Assembly (NCBI GenBank): GCA_951406725.2
Contig: OX597814.1
Coordinates: 138,384,001-138,448,000 of the forward strand
Direction: 5' to 3'
DNA: 64,000 nucleotides
Source: Octopus vulgaris
Lineage: Eukaryota
This document shows, piece after piece, positions 26,421-39,261 of this stretch (within the stretch, counting starts at the first letter, position 1; each line of letters begins with the position of its first letter). Made by a program: the position numbers and the translations under genes. The notes under the pieces were generated by a model. That model saw only the letters and a list, made by a program, of their open reading frames with translations. It had not been told where the DNA came from and searched no databases.

Positions 26421-26561
26421 TTAGTCACATGGGTAGGGCGATGAGCTTGGAGAATTGTAAGCATACCATGCTAACAATAAGCGTGCTTAGCGACATTTCA
26501 TCCAAGTTCAAATGCCACCGAGGTCAAATTTGCCTTTCATCCTTTCGGGTTCAATAAAATA

Positions 26562-27443
26562 CGTGGTCCGATCAATAAGTATCCGGACTGTTGCCATAGT
26601 AACGAAAAGTAAAGCATGCAGAATAAAACCGCTTGGGACAGATTGATCTTGAACTCTGCTGTGCATGCGCACTAAGGTTTAACGTTCACTTTTGCTGTTT
26701 ACAGCAATGCTTGGAAGGAAGGTGTGTAGCGTGTGATCGTCGCATTGACCATGACAGAGAAAGTTGAGAAGCGAATCTGCATCAAATTTTGCCAAAATCT
26801 TGACGATACCTTCTCAGATGCCTACGCAAAGATTTCAAACAAGTTTTCATCATTCTCAACACAATCAAAGAGATTTTGTGCAACTGAAACTCGAGTGTTT
26901 TTTGGTCAGCTGAAAGCAGTTTTGGCATAAACTTGGCAGACACGCGTCTCATACCCAAATCTTCAGTAATAATGGACTGAACTGAACCTAATCTGCACAT
27001 AATCTGATAACTCATGGATGGTGATTCATGATTTCTTCACACAGCTGCACTCACATCTGCGATGTTTTCCTCAGTTCTGCTAGCTAAGGGTCTCCCAGAA
27101 TGTTCGTCACTATCGACATTTTTTCGGCCATGTTGGAAATGTCTGAACCACTCGCAGACTTGTGTGCGGCTCACACTTCTCGCCATACATTTTCTGCAAC
27201 TTTGCGTAGGCCTCTGAGCGGGTATCGTCGTGGCAACTTTCTCTGTCATGGGCAATGCGATGATCACACGCTACACACCTTCCTTCGAAGCATTGCTGTA
27301 AACAGCAGAAGTGAGCTAGAACATTAAAACTTAGTGCGCATGTACAGCACAGTTCACGGTAAATCTGTGCCAAGCGGTTTTACTCTGGATGCTTTAGCTT
27401 CGTTACTATAGCAACAGTCTGGATACCTATTGATCAGACCTCG
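26562..27443 (-). mobile_element. Mariner-family foldback derivative nested in a SINE
   Basis: TIRs CGTGGTCCGATCAATAAGTATCCGGACTG / CAGTCTGGATACCTATTGATCAGACCTCG with TA TSD. Minus-strand remnants EWFRHFQHGR..VDSDEHSGRP and IITEDLGMRRVSAKFMPKLL; plus arm MTEKVEKRICIKFC. Confidence 0.9.
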
Positions 27444-27727
27444 TAGGTACGAGTTGAGTACTGAGGTCGATGTAATCGACTTAGCCCCTCACCTGAACTT
27501 ACTGGCCTCGTGCCAAAATTGAAACCAATACATTTGTCAGAGGAGTGGAAGGGGCAGTGCCAGGTTCAGATGTCTGTGGGTAGAATGAATGTCAAGCGAG
27601 AACAGCAAATATGATCTGAATGTTTGCAGCATAAGAATAGGGCTTCTCAGCATACTCTGCTTTCACCCCGCTGGGGATGCAAAATGGCATTTTAGGGTGG
27701 CATAAAAAGGAAAAGTACACCACCACC

Positions 27728-27792
<65 letters not shown>

Positions 27793-28219
27793 GTAATGTC
27801 TGCCTTCAAGTTGGTACGAGTTGGACGGCTTGATCTAATGAGTTGGAGGACCGCGCCGTGCTCCAGTGTCTGCTTTTGTATGGTTTCTACAGCTGGATGT
27901 CCTTCCTAATGCCGACCACTTTATAGAGTGTACTAGGTGCTTATTTTCACTGCACCTGTGCTATTTTCAAACTGAAATTATAAAGAAAAACAAACAAACA
28001 AATTTTGTTCTATTAATTCCAACAAGAACTTTGTCACTACTCAGTACCAAATGTAGTTGCTGCTGAGGATGACGACGATGATGATTTAGGTTCAAGGTCA
28101 GAAATTTTAGTGGGAAGTGTTAGTTCATTACATTGATCTCAGTGCACAGCTGGTACTTTTTTTTTATAACCCCGAAAAGATTAAAGATAAAGTAAACCTC
28201 GGAGGAATTCTGTCACAAG

Positions 28220-28602
28220 TTAGGAGTGGCTGTGTAGTAAGTAGCTTGCTTACTAACCAAATGGTTCCGAGTTCATTCCTATTGGGCAAGTGTCTTCTAC
28301 TATAGCCTCGGGCCGACCAAAGCCTTGTGAGTGGATTTGGTAGACAGAAACTGAAAGAAGCCTGTCGTATATATGTATGTATATATATATATCTGTGTAT
28401 ACGTGTGTCTGTGTTTTCCCCCCCCCCCATCGCTTGACAACCGATCCTGGTGTGTTTACGTCCCCGTAACTTAGCGGTCCGGCAAAAGAGACCGATAGAA
28501 TAAGTCCTAGGCTTACAAAAAATAAGTCCTGGAGTCGATTTGCTTGACTAAAGGCGGTGCTCCAGCATGGCCGCAGTCAAATGACTGAAACAAGTAAAAG
28601 AG
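28220..28602 (+). mobile_element. tRNA-headed SINE family B with internal microsatellite
   Basis: GGAGTGGCTGTGT.GTAAG...GGTTCCG.GTTCA head, central TA/TG tract, tail GACTGAAACAAGTAAAAGAG. Copies at 24870-25230, 34560-34960, 35545-36030, 48075-48497 (-) and 56470-57230. Confidence 0.85.
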
Positions 28603-29703
28603 TATATTCTTAGAAATCCTACCATAGGTACAGAGCAGTCTTTGGAATTTCGGTATCCATTTATTCTTTCGAGTGAGAATTGTATGTTGTTGATGTCATT
28701 GGAACTTATAAACTTTCGAGAGAACGCGACATAATCATTTTCAGGAAATAGATCTTGAAGCACACTTCAAGCTAAATTGTAGAACGCATTGTGTGTATTT
28801 ATGTATATACGTACATACGTACACACACACGGATACACACACATAGTCCCACTGCATGGCGCCTTGGGAAAGTGTCTTTAACTATAGCCTTTGTCCGACC
28901 AAAGCCTTGTGAGTGGATTTGGTAGGCGGAAACTGAAAGAAGCCGGTCGTATATACTCTGATTCTTTTCTCTTACTTGTTTCAGTCATTTGACTGCGGTC
29001 ATGTTGGAACACCGCCTTAAAGGGTTGAAGAAATCGACCCCAGCACTTAATCTTTGTAAGCCTAGTACCTATTCTGTCGGTCTGTTTTGCCGAATCCCTA
29101 AATTACTGGAACGTAAGTGCACCAACATCAGTTGTCAATCGATGGTGAGGGTCGGGGGGCAAACACGGATACGAAGACTCACACATAAATACATATATAT
29201 ATATAGCCCGAGGCTGTAGTATATCACACTTGCCCAAGGTGTCACACAGTGCGATTGAACCCTGAACCATGTATTTGGGAAGCAAGCTTCTTTTATTCAT
29301 TATATTGGCCATAAAGGCCTTACATAGAAGGGAAGCTACGGGCTGGACGTAGACATAATGTTATGAAATGACAAATGAAAAATGATGATAAATGAGGGTA
29401 ACAAACAACGCCCACCGATTGCTGCTTACCCGAGAATAATGATATTATTACGAGGTAACAAACCTCTTACATTTTTTACAATTCAAAAACAAAAATGAGG
29501 CACTAAGCCTCTTACCTTTATTTTGAACTTTCATGCCCGACCAGGCTCCTCGCCTCATTCAAACACCCGGACGGTGCCAAGTCGGGCTATTTTAACATGA
29601 ATCTAAAGGTGTCCTCAGAGAAGGAGTCCATCACCCTGCAAGCTTCTTACCACACAGTCACACCTGCGCTTACTATACAGTTTCCGTCTGATTCACACGC
29701 GCA

Positions 29704-29746
<43 letters not shown>

Positions 29747-30546
29747 CGTGCTTTTTTCAGTTTCCGTCTACTAAATTCACCCAGAAGGCCTTGATTGGGC
29801 TGAGGCTATAGTAGAAGACATTTGCCCAATGTACCACGCCCTGAGATTGAAACCGAAACCACGTGGTTGCAAAGTGAGCTTCTTAATCCACAGAGTCATG
29901 CTTAATATCTGGAATTTCTTATGATTTTTTTTTCTCCTGCTGGGAATATAAACCGTAATTGCATTTTGGAACAAGTAATATATTTCATATATCTTGAGAA
30001 ATTTAGAGTAATTATATTTGAAATTGTCTATTTTATCCAATGTGCTGAGTGTTGTCTTTCGTTTCCTTGGTTCCTTAAGTTTCTCCGATACTCCCATGGA
30101 GACACAAACGACATCATCCTTGTGGTATGGGAAATTATATTGAATATACATCTTTTATTGCATCAGTTGGTAGAAAAATGTGTTTTATCTATTTACACTC
30201 ACAGCTAAAGCGATCATCAAAAATTTAATTTCATGAATCAATACTGATAAAATAGGGGAAAAAATTTGTATTTTTTCTCCCAGAAGATTGTTTACATTAG
30301 AAGAATCTATGAAATAGATGTTTGTCTATTTCAGAGGTACTACTAATGAAAACAAAACCAGAGAGAAAAAAGTGTGTTAAGTCTTTGTAATAAAATAAAT
30401 TAGTGGGCGAAGAAGAGAATCGATGAGGGAGAGCGAAAAATGCGAGAAAAAGACAATGTAGGAGAATAAAGAAAAGAAGAGAAAAGGGGATATATGATAG
30501 TGAAAGAGACATATTTGCAAGTTTACATTTTAACCACCATCACCAT

Positions 30547-30600
<54 letters not shown>

Positions 30601-31324
30601 AGCTGCTGCTGCTACTGCTGCTGCTGCTAATAATAATAATAATAACATATACATGCATACACACACACATGCACATATGAGTGGCTATGTGAGTATTTAC
30701 ACAGATGAAATTATATATACACACATGTACATATGCTCATATATCTACAGGCGCGCGCGAACACGTGCGTGCATATTAAAAAAAATCGATCATTGTAATT
30801 CCATTATTATAAGCTAAGTCATTTGAATATTCAATTAAGTCATGAAACGAAGATTCCACTTTACAATTAATTTCCGCCCTCCGTGACACAGAAAAAGGAA
30901 ATTAATTGCGAATATGTTCTTCTTTTAATGCAGTCGAATGTATTAAGCCATATGAAAAATTAATAAACAAATACAGATTAAGTACGTATGATAAATATAT
31001 TTATCTACAAATGGAAATAAATGCAAAATTAAATAAAACAAATGCTTAATCCACCCACCCATAGGTGAGGAGATATCATATAAGTTGGTTCAGGTGCGCT
31101 TTTGGTATTGGGAGCTGGGTCAGTCAAAAGAGTTTGTGAAAATCCCCGGTGTTGGATTAGCTTCGAATCCTTTTACGTTATTTGAGAAGTTCAGATAAAG
31201 GCGCAGAAATGGCTGTGTGGTTAAAAAATTCGCTTCACAACGACGTCATTTCGGGTTGACTGATAGTTTTTGTGCTATAACTCCAGTCCGACCAATACTT
31301 CTAAGCTGAACCTGGAAGATCGAA

Positions 31325-31391
<67 letters not shown>

Positions 31392-31432
31392 CATACACAC
31401 ATACAGGTGTGTATGCCCTCCTATAATACCTG

Positions 31433-31483
<51 letters not shown>

Positions 31484-31519
31484 AATATATGCATATATAC
31501 ATACATATATGTACATACC

Positions 31520-31559
<40 letters not shown>

Positions 31560-31949
31560 TATATGGGTACAGGACATAAAAAAACGTTGAACACAATGAG
31601 AAACGAAAACATAAAAACAAAAACATAGAAACGAACTTTTTTCGAACAACGAAAAATACAAACAGAGAAACGAGACATACAACATAAAGAATATTCCCCT
31701 TCTTCAGTTGTCCCTGTTTCAACTACTTCACGTTTCGAAGGCAAGGACAAGACGCGACTTTGTTAAAACAGTCCTTCCTGCAAAGCAAATTAAATAAAAT
31801 TTGGGATTTTTTGCGGAGGGTGAAAGTGGTAACAAGAACAGGACAGTGAGAACAAAACAGTAAAAGACAGAACAATGAGATCAAAACAGTAAAAACAACA
31901 AAAAAGTAAAGACAGTAAAAGACAGAACAATGAGAACAAAACAGTAAAA

Positions 31950-32212
31950 TCAAACGATGGTGTCGAAGGCTTCATTATTAAGAGGATTGTGTTTGATGTA
32001 TGGTGGGGTTTTTGGTTGTAAATCCTTCTTTACTTTGGAATGCCTGAGTTCGTGGATGTTGAGTTGTAGGACACGTTGAAAGCATATATCAGTTAGTGGT
32101 GGTGGGTAGTTCCTGGTGATGAGCGTATCCTTTAGTTCATGAAGTCGTGTGTCCCTGGTGCTTGTATTAGAAACTATAGTACACATCCTTTTTGCTAGGT
32201 TGAAAGGGATAT
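31950..32212 (-). mobile_element. Penelope-like element RT thumb/linker remnant
   Basis: NIPFNLAKRMCTIVSNTSTRDTRLHELKDTLITRNYP resembles the PLE IPxxxAxRxxxIxS...RxxxLxxLxxxLxxRxYP segment. Confidence 0.75.
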
Positions 32213-32354
32213 TCATTCCATCCCAGATGCAAACAATGCGCATGCGCGAAATTTAAAATATATAATGGCGACAATTTACCCTGTACCCTGTACCCTGTAC
32301 CACCAATTAGAATTCCTCTGAAAAATATGTAAGCATTAGCCTTTTGTACGAGGC

Positions 32355-32474
32355 TGCCCTGATGATATCTGGTTATACTGTAGTTCCTTTACATCTAGAA
32401 CTCTTAACATGGTTCGAATCCTGCGGATCCGAAGTACTGTTTACCTAATAACAAGATTGAAACATGTGTAGGCA
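32355..32474 (+). ncRNA. Type I hammerhead motif with extended stem II, in a probable inverted Penelope pLTR
   Basis: TGCC-CTGATGA-tATCTgGTTAT...ATAACaAGATt-GAAA-CA-tg-TGT-A-GGCA with a GUA triplet. Confidence 0.6.
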
Positions 32475-32588
32475 CTGTGTATGCTTATTTTTATGTTAAT
32501 TTATGTTCCTTCAAATTCTATCCGTGTTAAATGGTTTATTATGTTTTTATAGTGATACAAATAAAATAAGCATACACAATATATTTTT

Positions 32589-32653
<65 letters not shown>

Positions 32654-33609
32654 ATCGATGTCTGTTATGGTGGAACGTCGGGCTTACCAGTTGACCAGTT
32701 GTAACAGTAGGGTTAAGGTGAAATCAGTGGTTACCAGTATATTGATGCCTGTTATGATAGTTGTAACGATATGCAACGGCTCTTGCCGCATCAGAAGGAA
32801 GTAGTTCTTTACAGTCGGGTGACCATTTGTGGCGGTAATGATATTCATTGCAGTCGAGGATCACCAATATAACGGTTGGTATTATGTTATATGTTGGAGT
32901 TGGCTGTTAGCGATTGTAACGAGTGTTGCTGTTGTAGATGTGCAAGATGAATGAAGAACAGCGATCGAAGTTGTAAAGAAATATTTATTTACCGTTACGA
33001 CGGGCAGGTGTGATATAATTGAAAGAGCATGCGAGGTTAAGAAAGTTAATTTCAGCGTGTATGTGTGTACACGTTCTTATTGTAATAGTAAATCATAGAT
33101 AGTGATAGAATGATGTTGTAAGAAAATAAAAAAACATTGAGTTAATAAAAGTTATAGAGTTGAGGGACGTTGTGACTCATAGTTGGCTGATTGTAACCTT
33201 CTTTCTCCCTCTGGCCGTTTGGTTTCAAGTGGCTGCCTGCTTGTGGCCATGACTCTAGTTATCCGTTCACTAATTAATTTTGCCTTGCCAAATTCTAGTA
33301 TTCACAACTATCCAAAACTAGTTAGAAGGGGAAACATATTGTTGAGAACAATAAATTTCGTTGGGGGTGTGTTATGGTCTAGTAGAGGTTAGACGGGTCA
33401 AGTGGCAAAGACATTATTCTGCTTAGCGAAGTCATCTGGCAAATGTAACTCATAGAAAAACTATTGTTTTACTGTAAGAAAAGTGCTGTTGATCTCTTCA
33501 GTGAACTTTGGCGATCGAAGTTCGAATCTACGTTATTCCTGCATGAATAAAAAGTCACTGAAGACATCACAAGATGTGTGACGAAAGAGCTTAGATAAAG
33601 GACACTCTT

Positions 33610-33642
<33 letters not shown>

Positions 33643-36600
33643 AGGGTGAAGTGAAGCCAAAATATGACCGTCCCCAAATATAACAATAAATAAAAATAAA
33701 TGTTAAATGAATAAATAAAAACGCATACACAAACACTTTCTTCATCAAAGGAACGGTGTTGAAGTCCAACTTTACGTGAATCCATCTAAAAGACGTCTGT
33801 ACACTTCAACACGCGAATATTATGAATATAATGATAATGATGATTATGATGATGATCATGATAATGATAATGATTTCGAATTTTGGCACGAGGCCAGCTA
33901 TTTTATGAGAAGGATATTAGTCGATTACATCGACTCCATACTTGACAGGTACTTTATTTTATCAACCTCAAAATGATGAAAGGCAAAGCTGACTTCGGTG
34001 GGATTTGAACTCAGAATGTAATTGCAGCTAAGCATTTTGTCCGATACAGGCCTGATATGTTTCGATTAGAAAAGAACAGTTATGTACAATCATAGACGTC
34101 AGATACCCAGCGGATGCGAACATTTCTTTGAAAGTCTCTGCAAAAGGAAACTGTTTATAGACAACTGCTTCGAAAGCTGCGGGTTTTCAACCTGGCTTAC
34201 AGATTCACATTTATGCCATTGATCATCGGCGCACTTGGGCTATGCGAAAAAAAAATATGAAAGTGATAATTTGGAAAAAAAAACATTAAACGCAGCTAAC
34301 ACGTACTTTACAAATATAATTGCCAAAGCAGAACGATAAAATTAGTGGCGTAGTTAGTGTGTGTGTGTCGCTCAGGGCAACCTTTGAGTTTGCCCCACCC
34401 TGGGAGTAATACCTGGATATTAAAAATATTTTTAATTCAGTACAGTCTACATGAGCTTATACACCTGGCACACAAGTTCCAGCCCCATAAAAGCAGTTCC
34501 CGGGATCGGATCGTCCCCAATCTCTAATTATGCTACTGTCCAAAATCTTTCAAAGTTCAACAGACGTGACTATGCGGTAAGAACTTTGCTTGCCAACCAA
34601 ATGGTTCCGGGTTCAGTTCTACTGCGTTGCACCTTGGGCAAATCTCTTCTACTATAGCTCCGGACCGACCGAAGCTTTGTGAGTGGATTTGGTAGACGGA
34701 AACTGAATGAAGCACGTCGTATATATGCACACATGTATATTTATTTGTTTTTGTGCGTGTATTTGTCACCTACCATCGTTTGACAACCGGTGTTACTTTG
34801 TTTACCTCTTTCTAACTTAGCAGCTCAGCAAAAAGTGACTGATAGTAAAAGTTCTAGGCTTAAAAATATAATAGGTACTGGGATAGATTCGTTCGACTAA
34901 AAACCTTCGAGGCGAAGCCCCAGCTTAGCCGCAGTCTAGTGACTGAAGTGAGTAGAAGGTAAAATATGTAACGTGTATGACTGTTGTTATCTACACTCCA
35001 GCGATGAAGCTTTGTTTCTAGCTTTAGAAAACAGCTTCTTCTTGATTCAAGTGATTTATCTTTTATCTTTCACTTGTTTCAGTTATTAGACTACGGCCAT
35101 GCTGAGGCATCGACTTGGAGAATTTAAGACGGATGAATTGACTCAGTACGTTTATATTTTTAAAGCCTTGATTTTATTCTATCAGTCTGTTTTGCCGAAC
35201 CGTTAAGTTTCAGAGACGTAAACCCACCACACTGGTTGTCAAGCGGGGACGATTACAGACACAAAGACACATACTCACAGATAAATATATACATATATAT
35301 ATATACAGATGTATATACATACATACATATATATATATAACGGGCTTCTTTCAGTTTCCGTCACAAAGCTTTGGTCGGCTCGAAGCTATAGTAGAAGACA
35401 CTTGCCCAAGGTGTTATGTACTGGGACTGGACATAGAACCATGTGGTTGGGGAGCAAGCTTCTTAACACACAGCCACCCCTGAAAAAGAAAAAGCTTTGA
35501 AAAGAATACGCATGTGAAACAAAAGAAGTATTCTATGGAAAAAAGGCGCAGGAGTGACTGTGTGGTAAGAAGCTTGCTTTCCAACCGCATGGTTCCGGGT
35601 TCAATCTCACTGCGTGGCACCTTGGCCAAGTTTCTTCTACTATAGCCTCGGGCCGACCAAGCCTTGTGAGTGGTTTTGGTAGACGGAAACTGAAAGAAGT
35701 CCGTCGTATATATGTATGCATGTATGTATGTATGTATGTATGTATGTATGTATGTATGTATGTATGTATGTATGTATGCATGTATGCATGTATGCATGTA
35801 TGTATGTATGTATGTATGTATGTATGTATGTATGTGTGTGTCTGTGTGTCCGCACCATCGCTTGACAACCGATGCTGGTGTGTTTACGTCCCCGTAACTG
35901 AGTGGTTTGGTAATAAACACCGATAGAATAAATACTAGGCTTACAAAGAATAAGTCCTGGGATCGATTAGCTCGGCTAAAGGTAATGCTCCAGTATGGCC
36001 GCAGGCAAATGACTGAAACAAGTAAATGAGTAAATAAGAATACATAAATATGTAAAAGTAATTGTGGACGAGAGATGTCAACTCCCTTAACTAGCTGTTT
36101 TGTATTAAATTTTGAAATAGTAAAAATAAATTGCTTTAGTGTAACAGCTTTTGTATACTATTTGTATACTTTTAGATTTGCAAAAATTAATAAAGCAAAC
36201 TACATAAAATTCAGTAATTAGTAACAGAAAAAAAAAACAACAAATTACTGTTAATCTTGCTTACTTCACATTAATTGTTACGTAAATCTAACATACGACC
36301 AAATTTATAGCATAATAAGAGTTATCTCCCTTCTCAATGTAGGTCGTTGAGAATTATTTCCCTTGACACATAAATCTTAATCGCTACGTCTTTTTTAACG
36401 AAATCCGTGGAAAAAACAAAAAAAGTGCGGACGCACACATCACTATCATTAATAAATCGATGTAATATATATTTGCGTTTATTACTTCTGCCTTAACGAA
36501 TGGAGAGGTATTGTTTTCCATCGTGTTTGTTTGTCCGTGGAGAAGATATCTCAAGAACCACTGATTAGAATTTTGTTGTCGATTCTAGATTATTTTTCCT

Positions 36601-36719
36601 GTTTTTTTTTCTTTTTTTTTTACTTAAAATTTGAAAGCGGTCGGGTTCATTTTTAGTATTCTCATTTGTGAGAGCAGTCGAGTTTATTTCAGATATTCTC
36701 ATTTCAAAAATCATCTCTG

Positions 36720-37205
36720 GCTAATCGTTGGGAGGACGTTCGTGTTGTCGTTAGTGTTGTATCGAGTCATTTTTCTCCCTGTTGCAGTTAATGTGTGTTC
36801 GCTCCATGTGAGTTTTGTTATTGTTACATTGTTATTGTTAAACTGTTATATTACTGAATTGTTGGATTTATTGGATTTATTGTTGCCTGAATTTTATTTT
36901 CTTCCCCATTTATGGGAGAAGTTGTAGATAATATTATGGAAGGTAAACCAGCACCAGCAGGCAGTTACGCTGCAGTAACTGGCAAGAGTCTAACAGCAGA
37001 TATACTGCAAGTTGGAGAAATTGAACTAAACGAAGCTAATTTCAAGAAGTATAAAGAATTATTGAGAAAGGAAGGAGACAGCCTGAGGCTGACTCCGCCT
37101 TAGGTAGTCATAGACAAACAGAGAAAAAAACAAACAATTATATATAGAACGCTGTCCCTTACAATAAAAAAGTACAAACCAGATCAAATGGAATTTCAGT
37201 GCTGC
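36720..37205 (+). mobile_element. Probable 5' end/ORF1 fragment of a LINE
   Basis: MEGKPAPAGSYAAVTGK...; the frame continues past a stop; the SYAAV motif is common in L1/Tx1-type ORF1 proteins. Confidence 0.4.
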
Positions 37206-37935
37206 GTAATAGATAGAAAAGTAAGACATTACATGGTAAATACCCTACAATGAGCTTTGATTGCTGTTGATACAAATATAACCTATCAGTGACTGATTCT
37301 GGACTTAAATCAGAAACGGAGGGTTTCATTATCGCAGCTCAGGATCAATGTCTGCCAGCCAGAAATTACCAAGCCAACATTCTTAAAAATGCTGCTGAAC
37401 CTACAGACTATTTTTGTGGTACAGATAGAGAAGCAATTGACTACCTCGTATCTAACTTATCTATATTGGCCTCAAATGAGTATACACATCGCCATCATAG
37501 ACTTAGTCAATATTTACTCTGGATCATATTCCGTTAGCTTGAGAACTGAAGGAAACATAAGTCTACCAAAGTACTAAAAAATAAAGACATCACCATTATT
37601 TGAGATTTTGTATTCAAACTAATTAAACTTTTCAGACCAATTCACCAGATATTGTGGTGAAAAGTCACATTGACAAAACAAATTTCATCAGACTGTAACA
37701 CCTCTATGAAAACATTTGGAAAGTTAAGTAAAGACAAGACCTTGAAGTAGAAGTCTCAAGAATGTGGCATCTCGGAACGCCAATTGTATCTACGATCATC
37801 GGAGCTTTGAGAACAATGCCAGACAACACTCTTAAAGGCTATGTGCAAATACCAGGAAAACCAAGAGTATCAGAATTACAAAAATTGTTTTCATGGGTAC
37901 AGATAACATCCTAAGAAAAACACTGTCAGCTTGAT
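37205..37935 (+). mobile_element. R4/Dong-like non-LTR retrotransposon 3' fragment
   Basis: GLKSETEGFIIAAQDQCLPARNYQ...EAIDYLVS...LASNEYTHRH followed by decayed RLE motifs (PDIVV, MWHL..IIGAL). Confidence 0.8.
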
Positions 37936-38195
37936 AATATCTGAATCTTTTAAAATCTTTCGAAACCACAAGTATTACAGCAAACTTTTACTGAAATTTT
38001 GTTTCTCTGTATTTATTTACCTTTTCCTAAAACGGATCATTGCTACTTATAAATAACACCTGCTGCAAAAGGTCGATCTTGCTGTTACTTAAGTCTCTGA
38101 GTGAAGCTTGGAACAGGTCAAATAAAACAAGGCAACGACAGCGAAAGCATAATGATGATGATGATGACGACGACGACAATAACAACTACGATAAC

Positions 38196-38239
<44 letters not shown>

Positions 38240-38252
38240 AAAAAAAAATAAT

Positions 38253-38542
38253 GATATTTCCCTTTTGATGCATCCTTCAAACTAAGCACTGTCCGTCCTA
38301 GAGCTATCCATGAAGGTATTGGCTTTGTGCTGTGTAAAAAAATTCCAATTAACTCGAATGCTGTCTTTCCATGCAATGTTGTAAGCTTCTTAATCCAGCA
38401 CCTTTGAACTCCATCGGATCCAGGAGCCTTGCAACTAGGAATTTTGTGACACTGCATCTTGACCATCTCTTCCTTGATACTCACGTCTTGGACTTTACCT
38501 ATTGACACTTGTTGCAATTCATTAAGCCTTTCTGCATCCAAG

Positions 38543-38545
<3 letters not shown>
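38253..38545 (-). mobile_element. R4/Dong-like RT N-terminal fragment between (TAA)n tracts
   Basis: KAPGSDGVQRCWIKKLTTLH...IPSWIALGRTVLSLKD; flanked by (AAT)n and (TTA)n. Confidence 0.75.
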
Positions 38546-38624
<79 letters not shown>

Positions 38625-39261
38625 GCGAGAGATTAGCGCAGTCTATCAAAGTGATACTGTGATAAAATATACGAAGCCCAGTATACTCATCATAGCTACC
38701 CGTCTGATAACCGTATGTGCGCGACATTGTGATCTCATGTCAAAATAAACAGCGCATGACCTCGTAGGTGGAACTTAGTTAGAGTTTTCTTTACGTCGAT
38801 TAGCCCATTCCGCTCGGAAGGTCCCTGAGTAAGGGTTGTTTAAGGATTTGAACGAAACACCCATGTTTCCAGAGGTGAATTATTCAATCCTCAAAGAATT
38901 CCTCTCAACACATGGCTATGATGCTCCCCCACTACTTCTGCTCGTGATCAGAGATGCCCATATTGTCAGCTACCAAGGGACACGCTCAACTGGTTAAGGT
39001 CAAACAACTGATAAGCAAATCTGTGGTACTGATAATCCTCTGTCCCTAAAAGGCAAACAAATCTGTGGTACTGAGCAGAATATTTGCTGTAGCCCATTAT
39101 TATTATCATCATCGTCGTCGTCGTTGTTGTTGTTGTTGCTGCTGTTGTTGCTGTCATTATTATCATTATTCAGTAATCATATTTTTATCATGTGCTTTCA
39201 CTGCACTACCGAGCGCAGCCCTGTGTGCCTTGGTTATGTGCGGTGGTTTGTCGTGATGCTC

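Noticed and set aside
29777-30208. Overlapping 124-aa and 95-aa ORFs
   Set aside because: No recognisable motif; the longer ORF runs into a SINE; no supporting splice structure.
31695-31745. Minus-strand GAAA...CTGAAGA, a possible type II hammerhead
   Set aside because: Stem I and stem II registers do not fit the canonical core; at best a decayed relic.
32650-33530. Possible solo LTR (starts TGT after a TA tract)
   Set aside because: No clear CA end, TSD, PBS or second copy in the window.
33551-33600. CTGAAGA...GTGACGAAA motif
   Set aside because: Stem II is plausible but stem I cannot form.
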